This document shows positions 22,728 through 33,634 of a stretch of 36,722 nucleotides of DNA, in pieces. A program made the translations under genes and the position numbers. Positions within the stretch are counted from its first letter, which is position 1. Each line of letters begins with the position of its first letter. The notes beneath the pieces are model-generated. The model ran no database searches. It saw nothing but the letters and a program-made list of their open reading frames with translations, and had not been told where the DNA came from. Source of the stretch: Methanobacteriota archaeon (lineage in GTDB: Archaea > Thermoplasmatota > E2 > DHVEG-1); assembly GCA_026394435.1 (NCBI GenBank), contig JAPKYG010000119.1:1-36722 (forward strand), read 5' to 3'.

Positions 22728-24062
22728 ATGAATGTATTAGTCGTTGGTGGTGGCGCAAGAGAACATGCAATCTGCGATGCGATAGCTCGATCAGAACAGG
22801 CGACACTGTATGCCGTGATGAATAACCTTAACCCGGGTATTGAGAAGCTAGCTGTTGATTACCTCCTGAAAAAGGAAACACTAGTAAATGATGTTGTTTC
22901 CTATGCGAAGAAGAAAAATATTGATATCGCGTTAATCGGACCTGAAGCACCCCTGGAGGCGGGGCTCGCTGATGCACTGACCAAGAACGGCATCAATGCG
23001 TGTGCCCCTAAAAAAAACGCGGCACGGATTGAAACAGACAAGGTATGGATGCGCAATCTCCTCACGAAATACAAGATTCCTGGCCAACTTCACCATAAAA
23101 GCTTTACCGACGCCGAGCAGGCAAAAAAGTTCATTGAAGAACTAAACGCCCAGGTCGCGATCAAACCTATTGGTCTTACCGGTGGAAAAGGCGTCCATGT
23201 CGCAGGCGATCATTTCAACGGCACCGATGAAGCCATGGCCTATGTAACAGAAGTCATCCAGAATAAAATCGGTGGAGCCGCTAAAGTCCTCATCGAAGAA
23301 AAAGCGGTGGGCGAAGAATTTACCCTGCAAGCATTCACCGATGGATCGCATCTTGCTCCACTACCAGCGGTACAGGATCATAAGCGATTATTACCTGACG
23401 AGAAAGGCCCAAACACCGGCGGCATGGGATCGTACTCCTGCGCCAATGGACTGTTACCATTTCTCACCCAATACGAATACGCTGAAGGCGTCTCTATTTT
23501 ACAGAAAATCGTCAGCACCCTCGCAAAAGAAAAATGCACATACATTGGTCCCATCTACGGACAGTTCATCCTCACCGCAAACGGAGTGAAAATCATTGAG
23601 GTGAACGCACGGTTTGGCGACCCTGAGGCCATGAACGTCCTCCCTTTACTAGAAACCGATTTCATGGAAGTCTGCACCGCAATGCTCGATGGAACACTTT
23701 CCAAAAAAGATATACAGATGGAGAAGAAATCAACGGTATGCAAATATGTTGTCCCTGAAGGGTACGGCATAAAAAGCATGATTGGAGAAAAAATAGAAGT
23801 CAACGAGAACGCGATACGACAAGAAGGTGCGATGCTTTTCTATGCATCCGTCACCAAGAAAAATAATTACATCATGACCGGGTCATCACGATCTCTCGCT
23901 GTCGTCGGCATTACCGATGAACTCGCAGCAGCAGAAAAGATCTGTGAGCAGGCATTAACCCATATCAAAGGTGATCATCTCTTCATCCGCCATGATATTG
24001 GAACGAAAAAACTTCTTGAAAAACGCGTTCGTCATATGAAGGAGATACGGGGAAAGAAATGA
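22728..24062 (+). CDS. purD: Phosphoribosylamine--glycine ligase
   Basis: MNVLVVGGGAREHAI, an ATP-grasp core and NARFGDPE match PurD. Confidence 0.95.
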   Translation: MNVLVVGGGAREHAICDAIARSEQATLYAVMNNLNPGIEKLAVDYLLKKETLVNDVVSYAKKKNIDIALIGPEAPLEAGLADALTKNGINACAPKKNAARIETDKVWMRNLLTKYKIPGQLHHKSFTDAEQAKKFIEELNAQVAIKPIGLTGGKGVHVAGDHFNGTDEAMAYVTEVIQNKIGGAAKVLIEEKAVGEEFTLQAFTDGSHLAPLPAVQDHKRLLPDEKGPNTGGMGSYSCANGLLPFLTQYEYAEGVSILQKIVSTLAKEKCTYIGPIYGQFILTANGVKIIEVNARFGDPEAMNVLPLLETDFMEVCTAMLDGTLSKKDIQMEKKSTVCKYVVPEGYGIKSMIGEKIEVNENAIRQEGAMLFYASVTKKNNYIMTGSSRSLAVVGITDELAAAEKICEQALTHIKGDHLFIRHDIGTKKLLEKRVRHMKEIRGKK

Positions 24063-24832
24063 AACAAGAAATCTTCGTGTATTTTATCGGAACCGCAGGA
24101 TCAGGAAAATCCACGTTAACCGCATCAATGCAACAATGGTGTAAAGAACGCGGGTTAGACGCAATCATAGTCAATCTTGACCCTGGCGCAGAAAACCTCC
24201 CTTATCAACCTGATGTCGACATCAGGGACTGGATCTCACTGCGAGAGGTAATGGATACAAACAAACTCGGACCAAATGGTGCACAGATCGCCTGCGCTGA
24301 CATGATCGCACTCAACACCGGTGATGTCAAGGAAAGCATCAACTCATTCAAAGCAGACTATATCCTCTTAGATACCCCCGGGCAACTGGAGCTGTTCGTG
24401 TTCCGAGAAGCAGGAAAATATACCGTGAAGTTCCTCAGCCCAGAAAAATCAGTGATTTGCTACCTCCTTGACCCAATGCTAGCAAAAACAGCATCAGGGT
24501 TTGTCTCACAGCTACTACTTGCGATCACCACGAACTTCCGCTTAAGTCAACCACAAATAAATATCCTCAGCAAAACAGATTTACTCTCAAAAAAAGAATT
24601 AGAGCTTATTCAAAGATGGTCAAGTGACCCTGATGAAATCTACGAGGCGCTGTGTAGCGAAGAAGCATCCGTACATCGAGAGCTGAGCGAGCAGATACTT
24701 CACCTCATCAAACATATTGGTGGGTACACACGACTTATCCCGACCTCAAAAAAGAATTATTTCGGTATCGAAGACATCTATACCAATCTCCAACAGCAAT
24801 TTGAAGGCGGAGAAGACCTGTTAAAAGATTGA
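24059..24832 (+). CDS. GPN-loop GTPase
   Basis: The P-loop is GTAGSGKST. The GPN motif is KLGPNGA, and DTPGQ.E is also present. It overlaps the purD stop (ATGA). Confidence 0.85.
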   Translation: MKQEIFVYFIGTAGSGKSTLTASMQQWCKERGLDAIIVNLDPGAENLPYQPDVDIRDWISLREVMDTNKLGPNGAQIACADMIALNTGDVKESINSFKADYILLDTPGQLELFVFREAGKYTVKFLSPEKSVICYLLDPMLAKTASGFVSQLLLAITTNFRLSQPQINILSKTDLLSKKELELIQRWSSDPDEIYEALCSEEASVHRELSEQILHLIKHIGGYTRLIPTSKKNYFGIEDIYTNLQQQFEGGEDLLKD

Positions 24833-24833
24833 T

Positions 24834-25772
24834 TTATGTTGATTTAAGCGTCCCCAGCACCGGCTCAAAAATAAACCCTTTATCCATCAATGACGTTAAT
24901 GCTTCCTCGATAGAATTCTCATCCAAGCCTTGTTTCTTACATTTCTCTACGATACTATCCCACGGAGCACCCTCTGCACCCTCAATTTCCTTGATGGTAT
25001 CTAACACAACAGTCTCGGGGTCCCCTGCAACTTCAGACGCAGCTACAGGTTGCTCTCCCTCTTGTTTTTTCGGTTTCTTTTGCTCTTTTTTTGATTCTTT
25101 TTTCCGTTCTTTAATCTCCAGTTTCTCTTCTTTTCGAACCTCTTCGAATTTCTCTGATGCGACAGGGACAATGTATTGCAATGACTCGCGGATAAGCGCC
25201 GCATACTTATTCACATCGATTGAGCCATATTTTTTCAATGCAGCGACAATCCCTTCCGATAATTCACGATTGTATCCAAGTTTTTTAAGGTCGTACACGT
25301 TCGGCTGCGTCATCTTCATTGCTTCAATGATCGCGCTAATACGCTGTTTCGTCTGCATGCAGGTTTCAATGATCCATCGGTCCCGCGCCTCCGCATTCAC
25401 CTCACGCACCAACTCAGGACGTAACGACACATACATCGTACCTTCCTCAGGGATATATGTTCGTACCTTCCCGATAATCGCAACAAATGCAGGAACCTCA
25501 ATGCTCTGCAACTTGTTTGTCGCTTCCTGCTGATACTGCCCTGAATAAATCGTAAACACACCGGTCGGGTCTGACAAATGCGCTCGCAGATACTCCCCAC
25601 CCTCCGTAACGCTCTCCACATCAGTCAACACCCCTGTAATAAACACCCGATTTACTTTACTGCCCAGGGGCGTTACCACATAGGAGGGTACCTTTTCGCC
25701 ACTGCCCTTAATCTCGATTGATGCATCATTGTACTCCGCAGCAAAAATCCGCCATGCGGGCTCTCGTCTCAT
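24834..25772 (-). CDS. RPA-associated OB-fold protein (Rpap, COG3390-like) with acidic/basic linker and C-terminal wHTH-like domain
   Basis: It overlaps the stop of the upstream RPA gene by 4 nt. The N-terminus (PAWRIFAAEYN....E....GEK.PSYV.TPLG.KVNRVFI.GVLTDVE) resembles the RPA-associated proteins encoded next to rpa in Euryarchaeota. Confidence 0.7.
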   Translation of the reverse strand: MRREPAWRIFAAEYNDASIEIKGSGEKVPSYVVTPLGSKVNRVFITGVLTDVESVTEGGEYLRAHLSDPTGVFTIYSGQYQQEATNKLQSIEVPAFVAIIGKVRTYIPEEGTMYVSLRPELVREVNAEARDRWIIETCMQTKQRISAIIEAMKMTQPNVYDLKKLGYNRELSEGIVAALKKYGSIDVNKYAALIRESLQYIVPVASEKFEEVRKEEKLEIKERKKESKKEQKKPKKQEGEQPVAASEVAGDPETVVLDTIKEIEGAEGAPWDSIVEKCKKQGLDENSIEEALTSLMDKGFIFEPVLGTLKST

Positions 25773-27058
25773 AGCAACTCCTCCAACTCCTGAGACAATC
25801 GTTCTGCTTCCGCGGCAACATTAAAATCAGCACGTTTCGCATCGCGAACAATCAAGGTCACCCCGAACTGATCACCCAAAGCATTCCCCTGTAAACTAAT
25901 CCGATGACCAAATAACATGCTATTCATTTCTTCAATAAGGCCATCATCATTTGAGGAAACATTCATGGTTTTGCCAAGAAGTTTTTCAGTAACCTCCTTT
26001 CCAAGGATCGCGCTCACCGAACCGGCTCCATCATCAATGACCAGTTTCATCCGCAAATCAGCCTTTCCTTCGACAGTCCCATGCACCGCGCATGTGCCAT
26101 CCTGGATAACCCGGTTGCACTCCGGACATCGCTGCACCAGCCCAGAGCCTTTCCGAATCTCAATGACGGTTCCTTCCACTTCAACATCCAAGGCACCGTT
26201 CCGATCCACCAGCTCAGACAGCACTATTTTTTGTGTTTTTACGTCTTTTTTTGAAATCATATTCGCATCAAGTTTCTCCACGGTTGCCTTCTCATCAAAC
26301 GTGAACTGTGGAATACCCTTCCAGGCTTTCACATACCCTCCAGAAATCTTCACCACAGCGCCTTCTTTTAGCTTAAAATCGTACCATGCGGTAAATTGTG
26401 CCTTCCCCGTCTCATCACCAAGTATTCCTGAGAAAACCTTCTTTTTCTGACCCGAAATCTCCACGTCACGGTCTTTTATCTCAAGGATTCGCGCGGTCAC
26501 CTCAACAGAACTCAGACCACCGCGTAACTCTTTTACCTTGTACTCCCGTGGCTCCGCGTTCACCTCAGGAACCTCTGACGCATCCGTCTTCTTAATTTTG
26601 GTTCGATCACCGAAATTCACTTTCACGCTCCCTTGCCATTCTTTCGTATATGCGTTTGTGATATCCACAACTGTGCCTTTTTCAAGTTCAAAATCCTTCC
26701 ACGCGGTAAACTGAATCGTCCCACTTTCATCACCGAGGATGCCATAGAATATCTTCCGCGCTTCCCCCTTCACCTGTATCTCCCGAGGATTTACTGAAAC
26801 AACACGACAGAGCACATGAACACTCTGTTGATTCGGCTTTAAATCAACAACCAAGGTACGCTCTGAAGACGGCGGCTGCATATATCCACCACCAAACTTC
26901 TTCACCAGTGTCTGCTTCGCATGATCAGGAGGGACACCATATTCCAAAAACTTCTTCAACTCTTTTTCCAGTTCATCCCGACTTACTTCTTTTCCTGATG
27001 TCTCACGAAGTGCTTCAAGAATATCATCAATCTGGTGTTCAATATTATCCTCAGACAT
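25769..27058 (-). CDS. rpa: Replication protein A (ssDNA-binding, three OB folds plus zinc finger)
   Basis: Two near-duplicate OB folds are present (...IFYGILGDESGTIQFTAWKDF... and ...VFSGILGDETGKAQFTAWYDF...). A third OB fold is interrupted by CPECNRVIQDGTCAVHG. The ATG at 27058 (MSEDNIEHQ) is preferred. The track N-terminal extension runs into the fhs gene. Confidence 0.85.
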   Translation of the reverse strand: MSEDNIEHQIDDILEALRETSGKEVSRDELEKELKKFLEYGVPPDHAKQTLVKKFGGGYMQPPSSERTLVVDLKPNQQSVHVLCRVVSVNPREIQVKGEARKIFYGILGDESGTIQFTAWKDFELEKGTVVDITNAYTKEWQGSVKVNFGDRTKIKKTDASEVPEVNAEPREYKVKELRGGLSSVEVTARILEIKDRDVEISGQKKKVFSGILGDETGKAQFTAWYDFKLKEGAVVKISGGYVKAWKGIPQFTFDEKATVEKLDANMISKKDVKTQKIVLSELVDRNGALDVEVEGTVIEIRKGSGLVQRCPECNRVIQDGTCAVHGTVEGKADLRMKLVIDDGAGSVSAILGKEVTEKLLGKTMNVSSNDDGLIEEMNSMLFGHRISLQGNALGDQFGVTLIVRDAKRADFNVAAEAERLSQELEELL

Positions 27059-27140
27059 AAAGGATTCCTCGCCCAATTTTGATAATCGTTGTTGTATATA
27101 TAAAGAGTACTGTAGTACTAATAACATCAAAAAAACAAGC

Positions 27141-28790
27141 TCAGGATAATCCAATGATATTACCGTTCTTATCAATATCCATGAACTCGGACTGAGGGTG
27201 CGGGGGAAGACCTGGCATGGTCGTAATTTTCCCGGTCATTGGCACCAAAAATCCGGCACCCGCGGAGAACTTGATATCCCGGACCGTGATCTTAAAACCA
27301 GTCGGCCTGCCTAGCAATAGTGGATTATCAGACAAGGAGTATGGTGTCTTCGCAATACAAATAGGAAGTGAATCAAGCCCGAGCTCCACACACAGTTTAA
27401 TGTCACTTTCTGCGTTCACGGAATATCCAACCCTATCCGCACCGTACATCTTCTTTGCAATTATTTCGATCTTCTCTTTCACCGGGAGATCAAGATCATA
27501 CAAATACGTGAAACGAGAAGGTGTGTTATGAATCAAATTAATCAGCTTCCCCGCAAGCTCAATTCCACCTTCGCCACCATTCCCCCAGACATCAACAACT
27601 GCACAGGACACCTGTTTTTTAGAGCAAAAATCTTCAACATAATCAAATTCTTCATTGGTATCATCAGCGAACTGATTGATCGCGACAATCACCGGGACCT
27701 GAAACCAGGAGATGTTTTCAAGGTGTTTTTCAAGGTTTCCAAGCCCTTTCTGAAGAGCCTTACGATCATTTCCTTCACCATGTCGTTTCAACGCCCTTAT
27801 ACTTACCACGAGCACAACCGCATCAGGGATAAGGTTCCCAGTTCGACAGACGATATCGAAGAATTTCTCCGCACCAAGCTCAGAGCCAAACCCAGCTTCG
27901 GTCACAAAATAATCAGCAAGACGCAACCCCATCATATCCGCAATAAGACTATTGGTTCCATGTGCAATATTTGCGAAGGGACCCCCATGGACAAACGCAG
28001 GGACACCCTCGACGGTCTGCACCAGATTGGGCATGATCGCATCCTTCAGTAATACCGTCATCGCACCCACTGCTTTCAGATCAGCGGCAGTCACCGGCTT
28101 GTTATCATAGGTATAAGCAACAATGATGCGACTGAGCCGATTCCGTAAATCATTCAAATCCTTGGACAGACACAGGATTGCCATGATCTCAGAGGCTGGT
28201 GTAATCGAAAACTCAATCTCATGAGGAACACCGTCAGAAGGTCCACCAAGCCCAACAACGACTTTGCGTAAAGACCGATCACTGATATCCAGAACCCGCG
28301 GCCAGACAATAAACCGAGGATCAATATGAAACAGGTCACCATGATGAATATGATTATCAAGTAAACTTGCCAGAAGGTTATGTGCACTCGTAATCGCATG
28401 CATATCGCCAGTGAAATGAAGATTAATATCCTCCATCGGAAGAACCTGCGCATACCCTCCACCGGTAGCACCCCCTTTCTTTCCCATAATCGGGCCCATC
28501 GATGGTTCCCGGATCCCCAGCATGGTTTTTTTCCCGAGCTGTGCAAGCGCTTGTGCCAACCCGATCGTCACCGTTGTTTTCCCCTCACCACTCGACGTCG
28601 GATTAATCGTCGTTACAAGAATCAGCTTTCCCTGTTTCTGCTGTTTTACTCGCTTCAGTACGTCCAGGGAAACCTTTGCTTTGGAGCGACCCCAGCAGAA
28701 GTACTCGTCCTCATGAATCCCTGCTTTTGCAGCAATATCTTCTATAGGAAGAAGAGGAATAGAGCGTGCAATTTCGATATCGGTTTTCAT
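27141..28790 (-). CDS. fhs: Formate--tetrahydrofolate ligase
   Basis: MKTDIEIA..., PTSSGEGKTT, and full-length resemblance to FTHFS. 549 aa. Confidence 0.95.
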   Translation of the reverse strand: MKTDIEIARSIPLLPIEDIAAKAGIHEDEYFCWGRSKAKVSLDVLKRVKQQKQGKLILVTTINPTSSGEGKTTVTIGLAQALAQLGKKTMLGIREPSMGPIMGKKGGATGGGYAQVLPMEDINLHFTGDMHAITSAHNLLASLLDNHIHHGDLFHIDPRFIVWPRVLDISDRSLRKVVVGLGGPSDGVPHEIEFSITPASEIMAILCLSKDLNDLRNRLSRIIVAYTYDNKPVTAADLKAVGAMTVLLKDAIMPNLVQTVEGVPAFVHGGPFANIAHGTNSLIADMMGLRLADYFVTEAGFGSELGAEKFFDIVCRTGNLIPDAVVLVVSIRALKRHGEGNDRKALQKGLGNLEKHLENISWFQVPVIVAINQFADDTNEEFDYVEDFCSKKQVSCAVVDVWGNGGEGGIELAGKLINLIHNTPSRFTYLYDLDLPVKEKIEIIAKKMYGADRVGYSVNAESDIKLCVELGLDSLPICIAKTPYSLSDNPLLLGRPTGFKITVRDIKFSAGAGFLVPMTGKITTMPGLPPHPQSEFMDIDKNGNIIGLS

Positions 28791-28885
28791 ACAATGACAG
28801 GCACGATATCATGTTTCCTGTTAAAAAAGATGTTCGCTCAAACAATGAGGTAAAAAATCGAAAGAGGACCACCATACGAGAATAT

Positions 28886-29290
28886 TCATATGACGTGGGT
28901 TTTTCGAGTGGTCCATGCTGTCTCAGGTAATGAGGAATAAATAGTGTGAGAGTCGTATGAGGGTACATTCCTATTCTTCATTCTGATGCGCCTCTCCTTC
29001 GTTTTCGTTTCGGGTGAGAAAATCGCATTTTTCTGAAACTCCCAATAACGAATCCGCCAGTTCGTCCCATCACACAGAAGAGCCTCATCTCGCCGGGTGT
29101 TCAGGATTCCTTCTGATTCCAAACGGTAAAACAAGCGTCGATCAGAATGATCAAGCATATTATCAATAATACAGTCATCATATCCGAACATATCCATGAC
29201 GATCTCAGCGTATCGTCGTGCTTCTTTTTCGTCAACATTAAGCTTTCTTTGGATTGTTTTTGCGAGTGCATTCAAGGTGACAAGCGGCAT
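28886..29290 (-). CDS. Conserved hypothetical protein
   Basis: 134-aa ORF with an ATG start and its own AT-rich upstream region. No motif I can name with confidence. Confidence 0.55.
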   Translation of the reverse strand: MPLVTLNALAKTIQRKLNVDEKEARRYAEIVMDMFGYDDCIIDNMLDHSDRRLFYRLESEGILNTRRDEALLCDGTNWRIRYWEFQKNAIFSPETKTKERRIRMKNRNVPSYDSHTIYSSLPETAWTTRKTHVI

Positions 29291-29449
29291 AGTATTTCTC
29301 CTTTCTTCTTCAATAGTATAAATTTATCTTTAATAGTATATATAATTTTCCCTTCTTTAGCCTCTTTTACTATATTCGCCCAATCCAGCCGCTCTTGCAC
29401 TCAATAAATATTATAACACATATGAACCATACACCAACGAGTTGTTCCT

Positions 29450-30283
29450 ATGAAACTTGCACTCATCTCCGCACGACCAACCATCGCAAATAAAACAAAA
29501 AACATTCAAATCATGGAGAAATACATCAATAAAATAAAAGCAGACATCTACATCTTCGGTGAGTATTTCCTATCAGGGGATCGCTGCAAAGACGAATTCA
29601 GGGACCTTGCAGAACCACTGAATGGACCATCCATCCAATACCTTAAAAAAATCGCAAAAGACAAACAATGTTACATCGTTTTTGGAATGCCAACCAAAGA
29701 TGACAAGGTTGATGGTCTCATCTACAATGCATCAGTGTTAATTCATCCAAATGGCACAGTAGACGCGTATAAAAAATGGTTCCTGCCAACCGCTGGGCCT
29801 TTCGAAGAAAAAATTTTCTTCGACCAAGGTGAAGAACTCCCCGTCTTCAACACCACCTTTGGAAAAATTGGGTTGCTCATCTGCTATGACCTCAACTTCC
29901 CGGAACTTGCAAAAGCACTCACCTTACAAGGAGCTGACCTCCTTATCTGCATCTCCGCGTCACCATCAACCACCAGAAAATACTTTGAAACATTACTCCC
30001 AGCGCGCGCATTAGAAAACACGGTTTTCGTCGCTTACGTCAACCTCGCAGGAAACCAAGAAGACCTTATTTATTGGGCAGGCTCACAAGTCTATGACCCC
30101 TTGGGAAACCTCATCATCAAAGCACCCTACTTTACAGAAAGCATAATCACCTGCGACATTAACCTGAAACAACTAGAACCAGCACGGGCACGACGACCAG
30201 TATTACGAGACATAAGACCAGAAATCTACCAAGACCTCTACCAGTTCTCACGATTTCATACAAAAAAAGAACCCAAGGAGTAG
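29450..30283 (+). CDS. Carbon-nitrogen hydrolase (nitrilase superfamily)
   Basis: The catalytic Cys context is GLLICYDLNFPE. An upstream FGEY (Glu) and YKKWFLP (Lys) fit the E-K-C triad spacing. Confidence 0.85.
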   Translation: MKLALISARPTIANKTKNIQIMEKYINKIKADIYIFGEYFLSGDRCKDEFRDLAEPLNGPSIQYLKKIAKDKQCYIVFGMPTKDDKVDGLIYNASVLIHPNGTVDAYKKWFLPTAGPFEEKIFFDQGEELPVFNTTFGKIGLLICYDLNFPELAKALTLQGADLLICISASPSTTRKYFETLLPARALENTVFVAYVNLAGNQEDLIYWAGSQVYDPLGNLIIKAPYFTESIITCDINLKQLEPARARRPVLRDIRPEIYQDLYQFSRFHTKKEPKE

Positions 30284-30411
30284 AACAATCTTCATCTCAC
30301 CTATGTTCTGATTCTGGAGACAACTCTTGTTTTTTTTTACAAAAAGTATATACATGAAAAAAACATTCAGGGAACCTGTTTCAATTCCGGTTAACTGGGC
30401 GGGGCGAACCT

Positions 30412-31269
30412 TTGAAGCAACACAATGAAGAATTTGTCAGAAAATTAGACCTTACTTCAGTGAAAATTAGAAAGCATATCATTGAAATGTTATATCGAGC
30501 AAAATCGGGGCATCCGGGTGGCTCCCTTTCTGCGGTAGAAGCAATCGTTGCCCTCTATTTCCACCACATGAACCATAACCCGAAAAACCCGAAAGATCCA
30601 AACAGGGACCGGTTCGTATTAAGCAAAGGTCACGCTGCTCCGACACTGTATGCAGCGCTTGCAGAGTGCGGATATTTCGATGTAAAAGAACTGCTTCTTC
30701 TCAGACAAATCAATTGCATGTTACAAGGACATCCCGTATGCACACACATTCCGGGCGTTGAAGCATCAACCGGGTCTCTTGGCCACGGACTCTCGTTCGC
30801 AAACGGGATAGCCTTGGCAGGGAAACTTGATAAAAAAGACTACCGTGTCTACGTCATGGTCGGAGACGGGGAAACCAACGAAGGACAAATCTGGGAAGCA
30901 GCAGCATCAGCATCCCATTATAAACTCGATAACCTCACTGCACTCATTGACAGGAACTTCTTACAAATAGATGGGAACACCGAAGATGTTCTCCGTCTGG
31001 AATCAGTACGGGATCGATGGAGCTCTTTTGGTTGGTATGTCCTTGAAGTTGATGGGCATGATATCGAAGAAATCATCGACGCACTCCTCACCGCAAGTGA
31101 ACAGAAAAACCAACCGACCATGATCATTTTGAATACTGTGAAAGGGAAAGGTATTTCATTTATGGAAAACAACATCGACTTCCATGGTGTACCTCCAAAC
31201 GAGATGGAATATAAACTCGCAATGAAGGAACTTGATACTGTACAGAAAGCACTGGAGGCAACCCTGTGA
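30412..31269 (+). CDS. Transketolase, N-terminal (TPP-binding) subunit
   Basis: SGHPGGSLS, LSKGHA and GDGE.NEGQ.WEA are present. No in-frame ATG is available, so the start is the TTG at 30412 (alternative GTG at 30460). Confidence 0.9.
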   Translation: MKQHNEEFVRKLDLTSVKIRKHIIEMLYRAKSGHPGGSLSAVEAIVALYFHHMNHNPKNPKDPNRDRFVLSKGHAAPTLYAALAECGYFDVKELLLLRQINCMLQGHPVCTHIPGVEASTGSLGHGLSFANGIALAGKLDKKDYRVYVMVGDGETNEGQIWEAAASASHYKLDNLTALIDRNFLQIDGNTEDVLRLESVRDRWSSFGWYVLEVDGHDIEEIIDALLTASEQKNQPTMIILNTVKGKGISFMENNIDFHGVPPNEMEYKLAMKELDTVQKALEATL

Positions 31270-32213
31270 ATAAAAAAGAGATGGCAAACCCTCGGGACGC
31301 TTACGGAGAAACTTTGGTAGAACTTGGGGGAAAATACCGCGATATCGTCGTACTCGACGCAGATCTTTCAAAGTCAACAAAAACCATTTTGTTTGCAAAG
31401 AAATACCCAGAGCGGTTTTTTGAGATGGGGATCGCCGAGGCAAACATGATCTCTACTGCTGCTGGGCTTGCATCTTGCGGGAAAATCCCCTTTGCCAGTA
31501 GCTTTGCTGTTTTTGCAACCGGCAGGGTCTACGACCAGATTCGCATTGATGTTGCGTACTCGAGAGCGAACGTGAAAATTTTTGCGACCCATGGGGGAAT
31601 CAGCGTTGGAAAAGACGGTGCGAGTCATCAGATGATCGAGGATCTCACGTTGATGCGAGTGCTCCCTAACATGACCGTGCTTGCACCGAGCGATGCGATA
31701 CAGACACGACGGCTTGTCGAACTGATGGCGACAACCGAAGGCCCGATGTACGCTCGAATCGGACGCGCAAACGCACCAGTCCTCTATAAAAAAGAAGACC
31801 TCAAGGACATCAAGATCGGAAAAGGACTCGTCGTCAAAGATGGATCTGATGTTAGTATCATTGCGTGTGGTACGATGGTAGCCCAAGCAGTAGATGCACA
31901 GGAAAAATTATCTCAAGATGGGGTTTCTGCTCGTGTAGTTGACATGTATACCATTAAACCACTTGATGAAAAACTTGTAATAAAATGCGCCCGGGAAACC
32001 AACGCAATCCTGACCGTGGAAGAACATTCGGTGATCGGAGGATTAGGGGGTGCGGTAAGCGAAGTCCTTGCAGAAAACGGTTCGCCAACCAAGTTTAAAC
32101 GGATGGGTGTACAAGATATGTTCTGTGAATCAGGCGAACCTGAGGAACTGTTTGAAAAATATGGATTAAGTACACCTCATATAGTGAAGACCGTAAAAAA
32201 ACTCATAAAATAA
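31266..32213 (+). CDS. Transketolase, C-terminal (pyrimidine-binding) subunit
   Basis: FFEMGIAEANM, HGGISVGKDGASHQ and the EEHSVIGGLG motifs are present. The GTG at 31266 overlaps the upstream stop (GTGA). An alternative ATG is at 31281. Confidence 0.9.
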   Translation: MNKKEMANPRDAYGETLVELGGKYRDIVVLDADLSKSTKTILFAKKYPERFFEMGIAEANMISTAAGLASCGKIPFASSFAVFATGRVYDQIRIDVAYSRANVKIFATHGGISVGKDGASHQMIEDLTLMRVLPNMTVLAPSDAIQTRRLVELMATTEGPMYARIGRANAPVLYKKEDLKDIKIGKGLVVKDGSDVSIIACGTMVAQAVDAQEKLSQDGVSARVVDMYTIKPLDEKLVIKCARETNAILTVEEHSVIGGLGGAVSEVLAENGSPTKFKRMGVQDMFCESGEPEELFEKYGLSTPHIVKTVKKLIK

Positions 32214-32411
32214 GCAGAGAATACGGTTTTTGAGGTAATTCAAAGTTGAATTTTTTAGCTTTTTTTATTGACTAAAAAGTAGCGGGTATTCTTACTTTTT
32301 GTAAGTTTTTCTATTAGATATAATAACACGGTATGTTTAAATATAATCATTGCAACAGTATATCATATATAATTTTAAATAAGACCGATGAAAGAGTATA
32401 ACGATTGAGGT

Positions 32412-33563
32412 ATGGTGGAAGGAAAGATGACACGCACACTCAGCAGGATTATTCTCACACTCATGGCACTTCTTTTTGTTAGTCAACTCCCGTTCTTTTC
32501 CACACACGCCCAAGAAACAACACCCAACGACCCCATCGTCATCGAAGAAAACCCTGATCTCCTCATCATTCTCTCCCCCCAATATGAAAGAGACACTGAT
32601 ATTCACACCGCAATAAATTCCTACATCACAGCCGTATACAACGATCTTGGCTGGACCTCCCGAATTATCCCAATACATGAAGATGAAAACAACTACCAAC
32701 AAATTGACAACATCATTGAAACCACCTACAACAATCACCCTGTGAAAGCCTGCATCATGGTCGGTGAAGACCTCGACACCGCACTCGGCGGAGACTGCGG
32801 CTACCTTGAACAACCCAGCACGCTACCCTGGTCCACCCTCGGAGGAACAACCACCTATGAACTCACCGAACAAGGCATCATCTGCAAACCAACCACTCTG
32901 AATATCTGTATTTCCCTTCTCTACCCAACCCATGAGCTTTCCTACGAACAAAAGAAAGCATCCATCATCTCCGCATTTCACAAATTCACCATCCAAAGAC
33001 ACACCACAAACCCAAACAGCATCCGAGTCTTCGAAAGCTCCGACCTCAACACCGACTCTAAAGCAATTTACCAAAAACTCAGTGATCACGGAACCCTCTC
33101 ATATACCGAAGATGCTACAGATCCAGATATCAGCGCATCACTCACAAAACCATACACTGCATACTTCGTACACGGCCACTCCACCCCAGCAGGAACCGAT
33201 GTCAACGCACAAAAAAACATCGGATGGTTCACGGCAGAAACCCTTGACACCTTACAGACACCGTTCTTTGGAGCAGACGGATGCTACGCTGGCGGCTGGT
33301 GGTCCAACCAACAAGACAACAACAAGCTAGATTCCAGCATCGATGGCTCTTGGTACGGTTCAAAAATCTTCACCAGCAAACATATTCAAGTCATGGCTCT
33401 CGGCCTTCTCTCCCAAAACGGGTTTTCCACACCGGTCAGTTTCCTTGAGAATGTCTTCTCCGAGCTTTTGACAGGAATAACACTTGCAGAAGCAATGATC
33501 GGAGACACCTGTATTGGTGATTTCATCGTCGTCGGAGACCCAACATTTCATTTTACCATATAA
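32412..33563 (+). CDS. Secreted protein, probable gingipain-like (peptidase C25-like, clan CD) cysteine peptidase
   Basis: The signal peptide is TRTLSRIILTLMALLFVSQLPFFSTHA. The N-terminal region LLIILSPQY...INSYITAV...GWTSRIIPI...IDNIIETTY......ACIMVGED resembles the C25 layout. The candidate dyad is FVHGHS / FFGADGCYAGGW. The assignment is by pattern only. Confidence 0.55.
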   Translation: MVEGKMTRTLSRIILTLMALLFVSQLPFFSTHAQETTPNDPIVIEENPDLLIILSPQYERDTDIHTAINSYITAVYNDLGWTSRIIPIHEDENNYQQIDNIIETTYNNHPVKACIMVGEDLDTALGGDCGYLEQPSTLPWSTLGGTTTYELTEQGIICKPTTLNICISLLYPTHELSYEQKKASIISAFHKFTIQRHTTNPNSIRVFESSDLNTDSKAIYQKLSDHGTLSYTEDATDPDISASLTKPYTAYFVHGHSTPAGTDVNAQKNIGWFTAETLDTLQTPFFGADGCYAGGWWSNQQDNNKLDSSIDGSWYGSKIFTSKHIQVMALGLLSQNGFSTPVSFLENVFSELLTGITLAEAMIGDTCIGDFIVVGDPTFHFTI

Positions 33564-33634
33564 ACGAGATGGGCTACTGTATCAATTAACTTTTAATACT
33601 CTCATACCTATATTTATATAGTAGCTTGAATAAA

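Noticed and set aside
24829-25533. 234-aa plus-strand ORF (Ser/Phe-rich)
   Set aside because: It is antisense to the RPA-associated protein gene, which has a recognisable OB-fold N-terminus and is translationally coupled to rpa.
25917-26595. Plus-strand ORFs inside the rpa gene, and ORFs 27217..28853 (+) and 28154..28546 (-) inside fhs
   Set aside because: These are alternative or antisense frames of strongly supported genes. They have no motifs.
29322-29356. Direct repeat AATAGTATAAAT / AATAGTATATAT in the divergent spacer between 28886..29290 and the nitrilase-family gene
   Set aside because: It is most simply explained as two TATA boxes serving the divergent promoters, and is not a distinct element.
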